In this document: in pieces, positions 28,909-38,224 of the stretch
Position numbering within the stretch: the first letter of the stretch is position 1
How the letters are laid out: the number at the start of each line of letters is the position of its first letter
Source of the DNA: Pseudomonadota bacterium
GTDB lineage: Bacteria; Pseudomonadota; Gammaproteobacteria; Burkholderiales; Methylophilaceae
Direction of reading: 5' to 3'
DNA: 52,848 nucleotides
Assembly (NCBI GenBank): GCA_040387535.1
Contig: JAZKDM010000007.1
Location: forward strand, 32,956 to 85,803
Notes under the pieces: model-generated
What the model was told of the DNA's origin: nothing
What the model saw: only the letters and a program-made list of their open reading frames with translations
Databases searched by the model: none
Position numbers and translations under genes: made by a program

Positions 28909-29436
28909 ATGGATAACAATTTAAACTTAGACGGCGATTTTTTGGAACCTTTTTTTCTGCAAGATGAAGCGGCAACCTTGGCCGCAGGCGCAAAATTTTC
29001 GCAATGTGCGCTTGCTGGGCTTGTGGTTTTTTTGCATGGCGATTTAGGTGCAGGCAAAACCACCTTTACACGCGGATTTCTGCAAGGCCTAGGTTTTATG
29101 GGCAAAGTAAAAAGCCCAACTTATACGCTGGTTGAGCCCTATGAATTGAAGGATTTAACCGTTTACCATTTTGATTTGTATCGATTTATCGATGAAGAAG
29201 AGTGGGAAGCGGCGGGCTTTAGAGAGTACTTTAATGCCAACAGTATTTGTTTGATTGAGTGGCCAGAAAAAGCCGGTTATTTGCTGCCAGAACCGGATGT
29301 TCATGTGCATATCATGCATGAAAACTTACATCGAAAAATTCAATTTTTAGCTAATACTGCTTTAGGTGAGAAATGTTTGGCACCTCTATCGATTCAACAG
29401 AATATGGTCGCTAATGATAATAACCAATCAGCGTAA
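28909..29436 (+). CDS. tsaE: tRNA threonylcarbamoyladenosine biosynthesis ATPase
   Basis: LHGDLGAGKTT, VKSPTYTLVE, HFDLYR, IEWPE; start is 28909 (ATG) or 28873 (GTG). Confidence 0.95.
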   Translation: MDNNLNLDGDFLEPFFLQDEAATLAAGAKFSQCALAGLVVFLHGDLGAGKTTFTRGFLQGLGFMGKVKSPTYTLVEPYELKDLTVYHFDLYRFIDEEEWEAAGFREYFNANSICLIEWPEKAGYLLPEPDVHVHIMHENLHRKIQFLANTALGEKCLAPLSIQQNMVANDNNQSA

Positions 29437-29440
29437 TCAA

Positions 29441-30769
29441 ATGACACTCAACATCGCCATAAAGACATTCTTAGTATGGTTTGCATTATCTTTAGTTAGC
29501 TTGAATATCTACGCAGCCAGCAGTATCAGCGCTGCACGTGTCTGGCCGGCACAAGATTACACGCGTATTGCGTTTGAATCCGATGCGCCAATTAAGTATC
29601 AACTGATTATTTTAAAAAATCCCGATCGCTTGGTGCTGGATATTGAAAACGTGGAGTTAAACAACACGCTTAAAACCTTATCAGACAAAATTTTGTCGGG
29701 CGACCCTTATATTAAACAAGTGCGCGTTGCCAAATTTAAAGCCAACGTTGTGCGTCTAGCGATTGATTTAAAAGGCGAGGTAAAGCCTAATATTTTTGCC
29801 TTAACGCCAGCAGGCGAATATAAATATCGTTTAGTGTTGGACATTTACCCCTTGCAAGATGAGTTGATGGCAATGTTGGGTAAAAAAAGTACAGAAGCCA
29901 GTGATGCGGCTAGTGATAGCACGGCTAGTACCCAGCCCAAACCTATTGTTGAACCACTACCACCGTCTGCGATTGAAGAGTCAAATCAGGATTTGCCAGC
30001 GATTCCTCCCGTTGCTGAGCCTGCTTTGCCTGAATTAGATGCAGATGTGCCTACAAATAAAGAAAATGAGCGGCTGATTACCATTGCGATAGATGCGGGC
30101 CATGGTGGTGAAGACCCAGGCGCGCGCGGTGCTAACGGTAGCCACGAAAAAGTGATTACGCTGGCCATTGCCAAAAAATTAAAAGCCAAAATTGATGCCG
30201 ACCCAGCTATGCGCGGCGTATTAACGCGCGATGGCGATTACTTTGTGCCGCTGGGAATGCGCGTGGTTAAAGCGCGTAAATTAAAAGCCGATTTATTCGT
30301 GTCGATTCATGCCGATGCGTTTACCAATCCTGCTGCACGTGGCTCATCCGTATTTGCATTATCTGAAAAAGGTGCAACCAGTGCCAGCGCACGCTATTTA
30401 GCCAAAAAAGAAAATGAGTCTGATTTAATTGGCGGTGTTAGTTTGGGTGGCAGAGATCCTGTGTTAGCCAGAACCTTACTGGATTTGTCGCAAACGGCGA
30501 TGATCAACGATAGCCTGAAATTAGGTAAAGCGGTATTAAGCCAAATTGGTGATATCAATAAACTACATAAAAATCATGTAGAGCAAGCGGGTTTTGCGGT
30601 ATTAAAATCACCTGATATCCCTTCTATTTTGGTTGAAACTGCCTTTATCAGTAACCCAGAAGAAGAGCGGCGCTTAAATGATGATGGCTACCAAGACAAG
30701 TTGGTGAACTCTATTTTTGTAGGTATTAAAAAATACTTTTCTACCCAGCCTGCGTTTGCTAGAAATTAA
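29441..30769 (+). CDS. amiC: N-acetylmuramoyl-L-alanine amidase (AMIN + Amidase_3)
   Basis: ARVWPAQDYTR AMIN domain, IDAGHGGEDPGA, SIHADA, ILVETAFISN; ATG 29441 just after the tsaE stop. Confidence 0.9.
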   Translation: MTLNIAIKTFLVWFALSLVSLNIYAASSISAARVWPAQDYTRIAFESDAPIKYQLIILKNPDRLVLDIENVELNNTLKTLSDKILSGDPYIKQVRVAKFKANVVRLAIDLKGEVKPNIFALTPAGEYKYRLVLDIYPLQDELMAMLGKKSTEASDAASDSTASTQPKPIVEPLPPSAIEESNQDLPAIPPVAEPALPELDADVPTNKENERLITIAIDAGHGGEDPGARGANGSHEKVITLAIAKKLKAKIDADPAMRGVLTRDGDYFVPLGMRVVKARKLKADLFVSIHADAFTNPAARGSSVFALSEKGATSASARYLAKKENESDLIGGVSLGGRDPVLARTLLDLSQTAMINDSLKLGKAVLSQIGDINKLHKNHVEQAGFAVLKSPDIPSILVETAFISNPEEERRLNDDGYQDKLVNSIFVGIKKYFSTQPAFARN

Positions 30770-30960
30770 ATTCAGCAAAAATTTACTTTTTAAGTGAATT
30801 TATCATTGCTGAAATCTATTTTGATTTGGCCTAAACGCCCATTCAACACGTCAGATTCGTCTTATCTTAAATACCGCCTTTGTCTTACGCTAGTTTAGTG
30901 TAAGTCACTGTATATTTGCGAAAATATACAAATTAGCGCTATAGGCGAGTGGATAGGGTA

Positions 30961-31755
30961 ATGAAAAAAGTACGAGTGGATTGTGAGTTGCAATATCTGG
31001 CTTCTGATAACGCGGATTTTGTATTTAATATACAAGCTGCTCAAATGGCTTGGCAGGATATTTTTGAAGAGCGTATTACTTTTAACCCAGAGCTAGAGGC
31101 GACATTTGGCCTAGGGCACACAGGGCAAAATCGATTATTGAGAGTCAGCAATGTGACTGGTTCGTTTGGGATTCGTTATCAGGCTTTAGTGAATGTCAAT
31201 TATCCTGAACCAACAGGCATTGAAATAGAAATGAACATTGGTGAGTTGCCTTTAGAAATTATTCCCTATACTTGGTCCAGCCGTTATTGTGAATCTGATG
31301 AAATCGCAAAACTCGCTAATGAGCTTTTTGGTAATTTGCCACGTGGCTACTCCAGAGTACAAGCGATTTGCGATTGGATTTATAGCAATATTCAATATCA
31401 AGTTGGTGTGACCAAATCCACGACCACTTCTATAGAAGTGTTAAACGGTGGCGTTGGGGTGTGTAGAGATTTCGCGCACTTAGGTATCAGTTTTTGCCGT
31501 GCGCTGAATATTCCTGCAAGATTTGTGACGGGTTACGCCTATTTTGACGAACCGCCCACTGATTTTCACGCCATATTTGAAGTGTATTTAGGTTATCGCT
31601 GGATATTATTTGATGCTACAAAGATGTCGCCAGTCAATCAATTGGTAAGAATTGCCACAGGACGTGATGCATCAGACACCGCATTCAGCACTATTTTTGG
31701 GCCAGTGGTAATGAATTATATGAATCCGTATGTAGAAGTAATTCAACCCAATTAA
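30961..31755 (+). CDS. Transglutaminase-like protein
   Basis: SRYCESD, GVCRDFAH, DFHA, LFDAT catalytic Cys-His-Asp pattern. Confidence 0.9.
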   Translation: MKKVRVDCELQYLASDNADFVFNIQAAQMAWQDIFEERITFNPELEATFGLGHTGQNRLLRVSNVTGSFGIRYQALVNVNYPEPTGIEIEMNIGELPLEIIPYTWSSRYCESDEIAKLANELFGNLPRGYSRVQAICDWIYSNIQYQVGVTKSTTTSIEVLNGGVGVCRDFAHLGISFCRALNIPARFVTGYAYFDEPPTDFHAIFEVYLGYRWILFDATKMSPVNQLVRIATGRDASDTAFSTIFGPVVMNYMNPYVEVIQPN

Positions 31756-31791
31756 TATAAAATTTGGTATGGTTTTGTGTGTATAAATAAT

Positions 31792-31816
31792 TTTACTAGA
31801 CGACTGGTCTAGTAAA
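31792..31816. promoter_or_regulatory. NemR-type operator 1
   Basis: TTTACTAGAC-GACTG-GTCTAGTAAA perfect 10-bp arms, 14 bp upstream of the TetR gene; resembles the NemR box TAGACCnnnnGGTCTA. Confidence 0.85.
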
Positions 31817-31830
31817 TGCAATAATACGTT

Positions 31831-32433
31831 ATGACTCAAGCCATTCAAAAATTCAGTGATACACGTCAGCAGATTATTGATACTGCTAAAAACATCATGC
31901 TGGGCAAGGGTTTCGCAGCCGTTGGTTTAAACGAAATCTTAACCCAGGCCAATGTGCCTAAAGGTTCTTTTTACCACTATTTCAAATCAAAAGAGCAGTT
32001 TGGCGATGCCTTGCTTGAAGATTATTTAGACGGTTACTTAGCCCATATAGATGCTAAATTAAGCCCAGAAAATGGCTCAGTTAAGCAGCGTTTGTTGGCC
32101 TATTTTCAAAACTGGCTTGATACGCAAACCGCAGATACCACCCAAGATAAATGTTTAGTGGTTAAGTTAAGTGCAGAAGTCACCGATTTATCTGAAACCA
32201 TGCGCGTTACGCTTAAGCATGGCACAGATCGCATCATTAATCGTATAGCGATTTGTGTGCAAGAGGGCATTGATAATGGTGAATTTCCAGCGCATTTAGA
32301 TGCAAAATTTGTAACACATGAAATTTATTATATGTGGATTGGTGCGACCCTGTTTACTAAGGTTAACCGTTCGCGCGATGCCTTAGAAGCAGCGATGAGC
32401 TCACTAAAGAATAAGTTAGATTTGATTGCTTAA
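31831..32433 (+). CDS. nemR: TetR family repressor, NemR-like
   Basis: KGFAAVGLNEIL...VPKGSFYHYFKSKEQFG, sensing Cys in KCLVVKLSAEV; cognate operator upstream. Confidence 0.85.
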   Translation: MTQAIQKFSDTRQQIIDTAKNIMLGKGFAAVGLNEILTQANVPKGSFYHYFKSKEQFGDALLEDYLDGYLAHIDAKLSPENGSVKQRLLAYFQNWLDTQTADTTQDKCLVVKLSAEVTDLSETMRVTLKHGTDRIINRIAICVQEGIDNGEFPAHLDAKFVTHEIYYMWIGATLFTKVNRSRDALEAAMSSLKNKLDLIA

Positions 32434-32462
32434 GTAAGAGGTTTTTTTATTTGGTTAGCTAA

Positions 32463-32477
32463 TAGCCGACTGGTCTA
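32463..32477. promoter_or_regulatory. NemR-type operator 2
   Basis: TAGCCGACTGGTCTA, 14/15 identical to the core of operator 1, upstream of the yqhD-like gene. Confidence 0.78.
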
Positions 32478-32525
32478 ATATTAACGACATTATCAGTATT
32501 TTATTTTAAATTTGGAGTAACAAAG

Positions 32526-33680
32526 ATGTTAAATTTTGATTTTTACAACCCAACGCATATCGCTTTTGGTGAAGGCAAAGTAGCAGAATTAGATAAATTA
32601 GTACCAAAAGACGCACGCGTGTTGATTTTGCTAGGCGGCAGCAGCGCACGTAAAAATGGTACTTTAGCTGAGGTGCTTGCTGCGTTAGGTAGCCGCGCTG
32701 TAAAAGAATTTGAAGGTATAGAGCCTAATCCGCAATACGATACATTGATGCGCGCCGTAGCATTGATTAAAGCTGAAAAAATTGACTATTTGCTGGCAGT
32801 AGGTGGTGGCTCTGTGATTGATGCGACCAAGTTTATTGCGGCGGCAGTTTACCAAGAGGAAGATCCATGGAATATCCTGCTTAAACATGGCGCCAATATC
32901 ACAAAAGCCTTGCCATATGGCACTGTACTCACGCTGCCAGCCACAGGCTCAGAAATGAACGATGGCGCAGTGATTTCACGCGGTTTGGATAAATTATTTT
33001 TTACGCATCCTGAGGTATTCCCTCAGTTTTCAGTGCTTGATCCAACCAAAAGCTACACCTTGCCACCGCGCCAACTAGCCAACGGCGTGGTAGATGCGTA
33101 CACACATATTATGGAACAGTATTTAACCTACCCTGTGGACGCACAAGTGCAAGACCGCTTTGCAGAAGGCTTGCTGGCTACCTTGATTGATGTTGGCCCA
33201 AAAGTATTAGCAAATCCGCAAGATTACAACGCGCAAGCCAATTTGATGTGGACAGCCACATTAGCACTGAATGGCTTGATTGGCTCTGGTGTGCCAGGTG
33301 ATTGGGCAACGCATATGCTAGGCCATGAAATTACCGCCGCGCATGGTTTGGATCATGCACAAACTTTGGCGATTATTTTGCCGAATATGCTGGAAATTCG
33401 CCGTGAGTCTAAACGTGCTAAGTTGCTGCAATACGCGGCAAGAGTGTGGAATATTAACGAAGGCGATGATGATGCACGCATTAGCGCGGCCATTAAAAAC
33501 ACGCGCGCGTTCTTTGAAAGTTTAGGCGTTAGAACTTCATTATCTGATTACCAAATTAGCAAATCAGCAATTGATAATCTACTAACACAGCTTGAAGCGC
33601 ATGGCATGGTGGCGCTAGGTGAGCATAAAGATGTGAATTTGGCATTAAGCAAAAAAGTACTAGAAGCGAGCTTTAACTAG
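32526..33680 (+). CDS. yqhD: Iron-containing alcohol dehydrogenase family, YqhD-like NADPH aldehyde reductase
   Basis: NFDFYNPTHIAFGEG, AVGGGSVID, TLPATGSE, DWATHMLGHE, HAQTLA. Confidence 0.85.
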   Translation: MLNFDFYNPTHIAFGEGKVAELDKLVPKDARVLILLGGSSARKNGTLAEVLAALGSRAVKEFEGIEPNPQYDTLMRAVALIKAEKIDYLLAVGGGSVIDATKFIAAAVYQEEDPWNILLKHGANITKALPYGTVLTLPATGSEMNDGAVISRGLDKLFFTHPEVFPQFSVLDPTKSYTLPPRQLANGVVDAYTHIMEQYLTYPVDAQVQDRFAEGLLATLIDVGPKVLANPQDYNAQANLMWTATLALNGLIGSGVPGDWATHMLGHEITAAHGLDHAQTLAIILPNMLEIRRESKRAKLLQYAARVWNINEGDDDARISAAIKNTRAFFESLGVRTSLSDYQISKSAIDNLLTQLEAHGMVALGEHKDVNLALSKKVLEASFN

Positions 33681-33709
33681 TTTGGTTTTAGTCATTTAAA
33701 GGAAAGATA

Positions 33710-34723
33710 ATGAAAGCTGTTGCACTAACCCGATACCTGCCGATAGATAACCCAGACTCTTTGGTGGATATAGAATTGGAAATACCTAAACCATTAAGCA
33801 GAGATGTCTTGGTAAAAGTACATGCTATTGCAGTCAACCCAGTAGATACCAAAGTGCGAAAGCCAAAAGATAAAGTCGAAACCACACCCAAAGTGCTGGG
33901 TTGGGATGCAGCGGGTGAAGTGATTGCGGTGGGCGATGCGGTGACTTTATTCAAAGTGGGCGATCTTGTGTATTACGCGGGTGACATTACCCGCAGTGGC
34001 TGCAACGCAGAATATCAAATTATGGATGAGCGCATTGTTGGGCATAAACCAAACAGCCTAAATTTTGAAGCCGCTGCTGCATTGCCACTCACCGCTATAA
34101 CCGCTTGGGAAGCCTTGTTTGACCGTTTAGGTATCGCACAGGATTTAGCTAGCAATAAAGGTAAAAGTATTTTAATTATTGGCGGGGCGGGTGGTGTCGG
34201 GTCTATTGCCATTCAGTTGGCTAAAAAAGTGGCAGGTTTAAAAGTAATAGCCACTGCTTCACGCCCAGAAACGATTGCCTGGGTCAAAAACCTGGGCTCT
34301 GATGAAGTGATCAACCATCATCAGCTACAGCAAGAAATGACGCGACTAAATATCCAGCCAGACTATATTCTGTGCAATAACGATACGGACGGCTATTTTG
34401 AAATGATGGCTGAAATTATTAAGCCGCAAGGAAAAATCTGCTCAATCGTTGAGACAGCTAAATCCGTGAATTTGGATTTATTAAAAAGCAAAAGCGCGAC
34501 ATTTGTGTGGGAATTTATGTTTACCCGATCTATGTTCAAAACTGAAGACATGATTGCGCAACACCATATTTTGCAGCGCGTTGCAGGCTTAATCGATGAT
34601 GGCACACTCACGACAACGCTGAATCAAGTATTAAAGCCGATTAATGCCGCAAACCTACGCAAAGCGCATGCGCAACTGGAATCTGGCAACACCATTGGAA
34701 AGTTGGTGTTATCAGGCTGGTAA
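33710..34723 (+). CDS. Zinc-binding alcohol dehydrogenase family / quinone oxidoreductase-like protein
   Basis: VNPVDTKVR, VLGWDAAG, GGAGGVGS, WEFMFTRS. Confidence 0.88.
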   Translation: MKAVALTRYLPIDNPDSLVDIELEIPKPLSRDVLVKVHAIAVNPVDTKVRKPKDKVETTPKVLGWDAAGEVIAVGDAVTLFKVGDLVYYAGDITRSGCNAEYQIMDERIVGHKPNSLNFEAAAALPLTAITAWEALFDRLGIAQDLASNKGKSILIIGGAGGVGSIAIQLAKKVAGLKVIATASRPETIAWVKNLGSDEVINHHQLQQEMTRLNIQPDYILCNNDTDGYFEMMAEIIKPQGKICSIVETAKSVNLDLLKSKSATFVWEFMFTRSMFKTEDMIAQHHILQRVAGLIDDGTLTTTLNQVLKPINAANLRKAHAQLESGNTIGKLVLSGW

Positions 34724-34733
34724 TGGCAATGAT

Positions 34734-36278
34734 TTAACGGCTGATATGCTTAAGCAAGTCATTCTCACGTTGTGTATCGCCATAACCCGTTTGCGTCAGC
34801 AAAGCCCGCTCTATATAGCGGCTTACAGAATGTCTTAACTGCGGGATACTAGCGGTATCTACAAAAATCTGCGGAAATTTATAGCTCAACCAAGCGTATA
34901 AGCTAATATTTTGACTCAATATTTCCGCCGATTCTAAATGCTTAGGGTTGTTTGAACCTAGCCATGGCGGTACAGCCGGCAATGTGCGAATAGAATGCTC
35001 AACCACGCTTTTTAAACACAGTAAAAAGTAATCTCTTTCAATATTCACATTAATCGCAATAGGTGCGCAGGTGAAAATAAATTTATCTTTTAAGGATAAT
35101 TTGGGCGCAAATTCATCCACTAGCAATGCCTGATTCAACTGCGCGGTAATTTTACTTAATTCAAATAAGGCATGATTAAAGGTCAGACGGCTGGCAAAAT
35201 ATTCCAGACATTCTGCGATTTTTGCGGTATGCAATTGGTTTGAAATTGCCTCTATCTGCCCGATATTCGCGGCTATTGGCAGCTTTTGCAAATCAGACGT
35301 ATCGTCAGTTGCCAACATATGCGCTATATGAAAACGCTCATCGTCTTCCATGATATTCACATAACCCGTATCGTAAATGCCGAAACGACCAGCGCGGCCA
35401 GCAATCTGGCGCACTTCAGTAGCATTTAATAAGCGCGATGCTACGCCATCAAATTTAAAGATATTGGCAAAAATCACCCGGCGAATCGGCAAATTCAAAC
35501 CCATACCAATCGCATCCGTAGCGACTAAAATATCGGCTTCACCACTACAAAAGCGGGCTGATTCATGTCTGCGCACTTCAGGCGATAAAGCGCCGTAAAT
35601 ACTGGCAACGGTGTAACCCCATTGGCGAAATCTGGCAGAAAAGGTCAGCACATCTTTACGCGAAAACGCAATAATGGCATCGCCTTTTTGTAATTTTGCT
35701 TTTAGTTTTGGCTTGCTGTAACGTGCGCCGCATAAGCTATCATCTTCTAATATTAGCGGTGTCATGCGCTGCAGCTCTGTGATTTCAGCCGTTTCATTTA
35801 AATGGGCAATGACTTGCAGGCAAGGTTGGGTGACTGCGTTTGAGCCGCAAATAAAAACCTGCCTAGCTGGCACGCCGACCAGCGAGGCCGTCCAGGCGCT
35901 GCCACGGTCTGGGTCTTGCAACATCTGAATCTCATCAATAATCGCCACATCCACCAGCTTGGTGGGATTCATCATTTCAATGGTAGAAGCGGTATGTTGC
36001 GCGCCTGCGATAATCACGCGCTCTTCACCTGTAATCAGGTTGCAAGGCACGCCTGCTTCTATTAATTTGTCGCGTACTTCCATTGCCAGCAATCTGAGCG
36101 GCGCTAAATAAACACCTGATTTGGCGGCAATTAAGGTGTTCAAGGCATGGTAGGTTTTACCTGAATTAGTCGGCCCTACATAAAAATGATGATGACGCTG
36201 AATAGCACGCGCTTTTGCAAAGCTGTGTGCATAGTTATCTAAACTATAGTCATCTAAATTGATATGTGGGGATTTCAT
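34734..36278 (-). CDS. SUV3-like superfamily 2 helicase
   Basis: GPTNSGKT, YLAPLRLLAMEV, DEIQM, RGSAWT, YGALSPE, ATDAIGMGLNL, QIAGRAGR. Confidence 0.9.
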   Translation of the reverse strand: MKSPHINLDDYSLDNYAHSFAKARAIQRHHHFYVGPTNSGKTYHALNTLIAAKSGVYLAPLRLLAMEVRDKLIEAGVPCNLITGEERVIIAGAQHTASTIEMMNPTKLVDVAIIDEIQMLQDPDRGSAWTASLVGVPARQVFICGSNAVTQPCLQVIAHLNETAEITELQRMTPLILEDDSLCGARYSKPKLKAKLQKGDAIIAFSRKDVLTFSARFRQWGYTVASIYGALSPEVRRHESARFCSGEADILVATDAIGMGLNLPIRRVIFANIFKFDGVASRLLNATEVRQIAGRAGRFGIYDTGYVNIMEDDERFHIAHMLATDDTSDLQKLPIAANIGQIEAISNQLHTAKIAECLEYFASRLTFNHALFELSKITAQLNQALLVDEFAPKLSLKDKFIFTCAPIAINVNIERDYFLLCLKSVVEHSIRTLPAVPPWLGSNNPKHLESAEILSQNISLYAWLSYKFPQIFVDTASIPQLRHSVSRYIERALLTQTGYGDTQRENDLLKHISR

Positions 36279-36349
36279 GGTGCGAGATTGTGCGTTAAAA
36301 CAGGTAAAATATCACGAAATAAACGGTAGCCAATTATGTCACGCAACTT

Positions 36350-38200
36350 ATGTTAAGCAATCAGTCCAACGCCATCAAATTACTGCCAGACCAGCTAATC
36401 AGCCAAATTGCCGCAGGTGAGGTAGTAGAGCGGCCAGCTTCTGCGCTGAAAGAGTTGCTGGAAAATAGTCTGGATGCGGGTAGCAGCGATATTCAAGTTT
36501 CATTGATGCAAGGCGGAATCAAGCAATTGCGCGTGGCCGATAATGGCAGTGGCATTTCGCAAGATGATTTAAAAATGGCTTTAACGCGTCATGCCACTAG
36601 CAAGATTTTTAGCCTGGAAGATTTAGAATCAGTCGCCAGCTTGGGCTTTCGCGGTGAGGCCTTAGCCAGTATTGCATCGGTTTCACGCACAACAATTATA
36701 AGCCGTGCAGTTGAAACCAAACACGCTTGGCGCATCGCCAGCGATGGCAGTGAAATCAGCGTAATCGAGCCAGCAGCGCTGGACATTGGCACGGTAATCG
36801 AAGTCAACGATTTGTACTTTAATACGCCTGCACGGCGCAAATTTTTAAAAACCGATGCTACCGAATTCGGCCACTGCGAAGAAGCGTTCACACGCGTGGC
36901 CTTATCGCGTCCTGATGTCAGCTTTACCTTGCAGCACAACGGCAGGGTGCTTAGCCGCTTTGCTGCCATATCACCAAATATAAATCAGGCTAGCAAAAGA
37001 TTCAATGAAGTATTAGGCGCAGAATTTGCCGCGGAAAGTATTGCGGTGGATGAAGAAGCGGCAGGCTTACGCTTATGGGGCGTGGCGGCAAAGCCAACCT
37101 TCAACCGCAATAGCCGCGATACGCAATATGTGTATGTAAACGGCCGATTTGTGCGCGATAAGCTGATTGCGCATGCCATTCGACAGGCGTATCAAGATGT
37201 GCTGCATCATGATAGGCATCCAGCATTCGTGTTATTTTTAGAGCTAGACCCAAGCTTGGTGGATGTAAATGTACACCCCAGCAAAACCGAAGTGCGTTTT
37301 AGGGACGGGCAGGCGATTCATCGTTTTATTTACCATAGCTTAAATAAAAACTTAGCTACGCCAACAGGCATGTCAAATGCGGCAACTGCCAGCCAAGCCC
37401 AACACAATCCTTTTGCTTCGCCCTATGCAAATTCACCTAATTACCCGCAACATCAAACGCAAATCAATTTAAATGCCAATCAACCATCGGCATTTTATGA
37501 AACCTTATTTGGCGATTTAAAACAGGCTTCAAATACTGTATTTTCACAGCACTCACCCCCTGCTCAAACTCAGTACAATGAAGCGCAAGCCTCACAAATT
37601 GACGATTTCCCGCTAGGTTTTGCCGTTGCGCAGATTCATGGCGTATATTTATTGGCGCAAAACAAGCTGGGTTTGGTGGTGGTGGATATGCACGCCGCGC
37701 ACGAGCGCATTATGTATGAGCGACTTAAAAATGCGCTGGATGATAAAGCGGTGCCTATGCAGCCGCTATTAATTCCAGTTAGCTTTAATGCCGATAGACT
37801 AGAAGTAGCAACCGTGCAAGAAGAGCAGGGTTCAGGGCAGGGTAATCTACAACAGCTGGGTTTTGAATTTGCCATTCTATCGCCCAACACCTTAGCCGTG
37901 CGTGCCGTACCAACCATGCTGCAAGATGCCGATGCTGTCACATTGGCGCGCGATGTGCTTAAGGATTTACGCGAATTCGGCGCAAGCAGAGCATTAACCG
38001 AACGCCGGAATGAATTGCTAGGCACCATGGCTTGCCACGCCGCTGTGCGCGCAAATCGCATTTTAACAATCCCAGAAATGAACGGATTATTAAGAGATAT
38101 GGAAGCGACTGAACGCAGCGGCATGTGCAACCACGGCCGCCCGACTTGGTTTCAGGTGAGTATGTCCGATTTGGATAAGATGTTTATGCGGGGTAAATGA
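36350..38200 (+). CDS. mutL: DNA mismatch repair endonuclease MutL
   Basis: IAAGEVVERPAS, GFRGEAL, DMHAAHERIMYE, ACH, CNHGRP. Confidence 0.97.
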   Translation: MLSNQSNAIKLLPDQLISQIAAGEVVERPASALKELLENSLDAGSSDIQVSLMQGGIKQLRVADNGSGISQDDLKMALTRHATSKIFSLEDLESVASLGFRGEALASIASVSRTTIISRAVETKHAWRIASDGSEISVIEPAALDIGTVIEVNDLYFNTPARRKFLKTDATEFGHCEEAFTRVALSRPDVSFTLQHNGRVLSRFAAISPNINQASKRFNEVLGAEFAAESIAVDEEAAGLRLWGVAAKPTFNRNSRDTQYVYVNGRFVRDKLIAHAIRQAYQDVLHHDRHPAFVLFLELDPSLVDVNVHPSKTEVRFRDGQAIHRFIYHSLNKNLATPTGMSNAATASQAQHNPFASPYANSPNYPQHQTQINLNANQPSAFYETLFGDLKQASNTVFSQHSPPAQTQYNEAQASQIDDFPLGFAVAQIHGVYLLAQNKLGLVVVDMHAAHERIMYERLKNALDDKAVPMQPLLIPVSFNADRLEVATVQEEQGSGQGNLQQLGFEFAILSPNTLAVRAVPTMLQDADAVTLARDVLKDLREFGASRALTERRNELLGTMACHAAVRANRILTIPEMNGLLRDMEATERSGMCNHGRPTWFQVSMSDLDKMFMRGK

Positions 38201-38224
38201 TGCAAGCCGCTGTGCGAAATTAAC

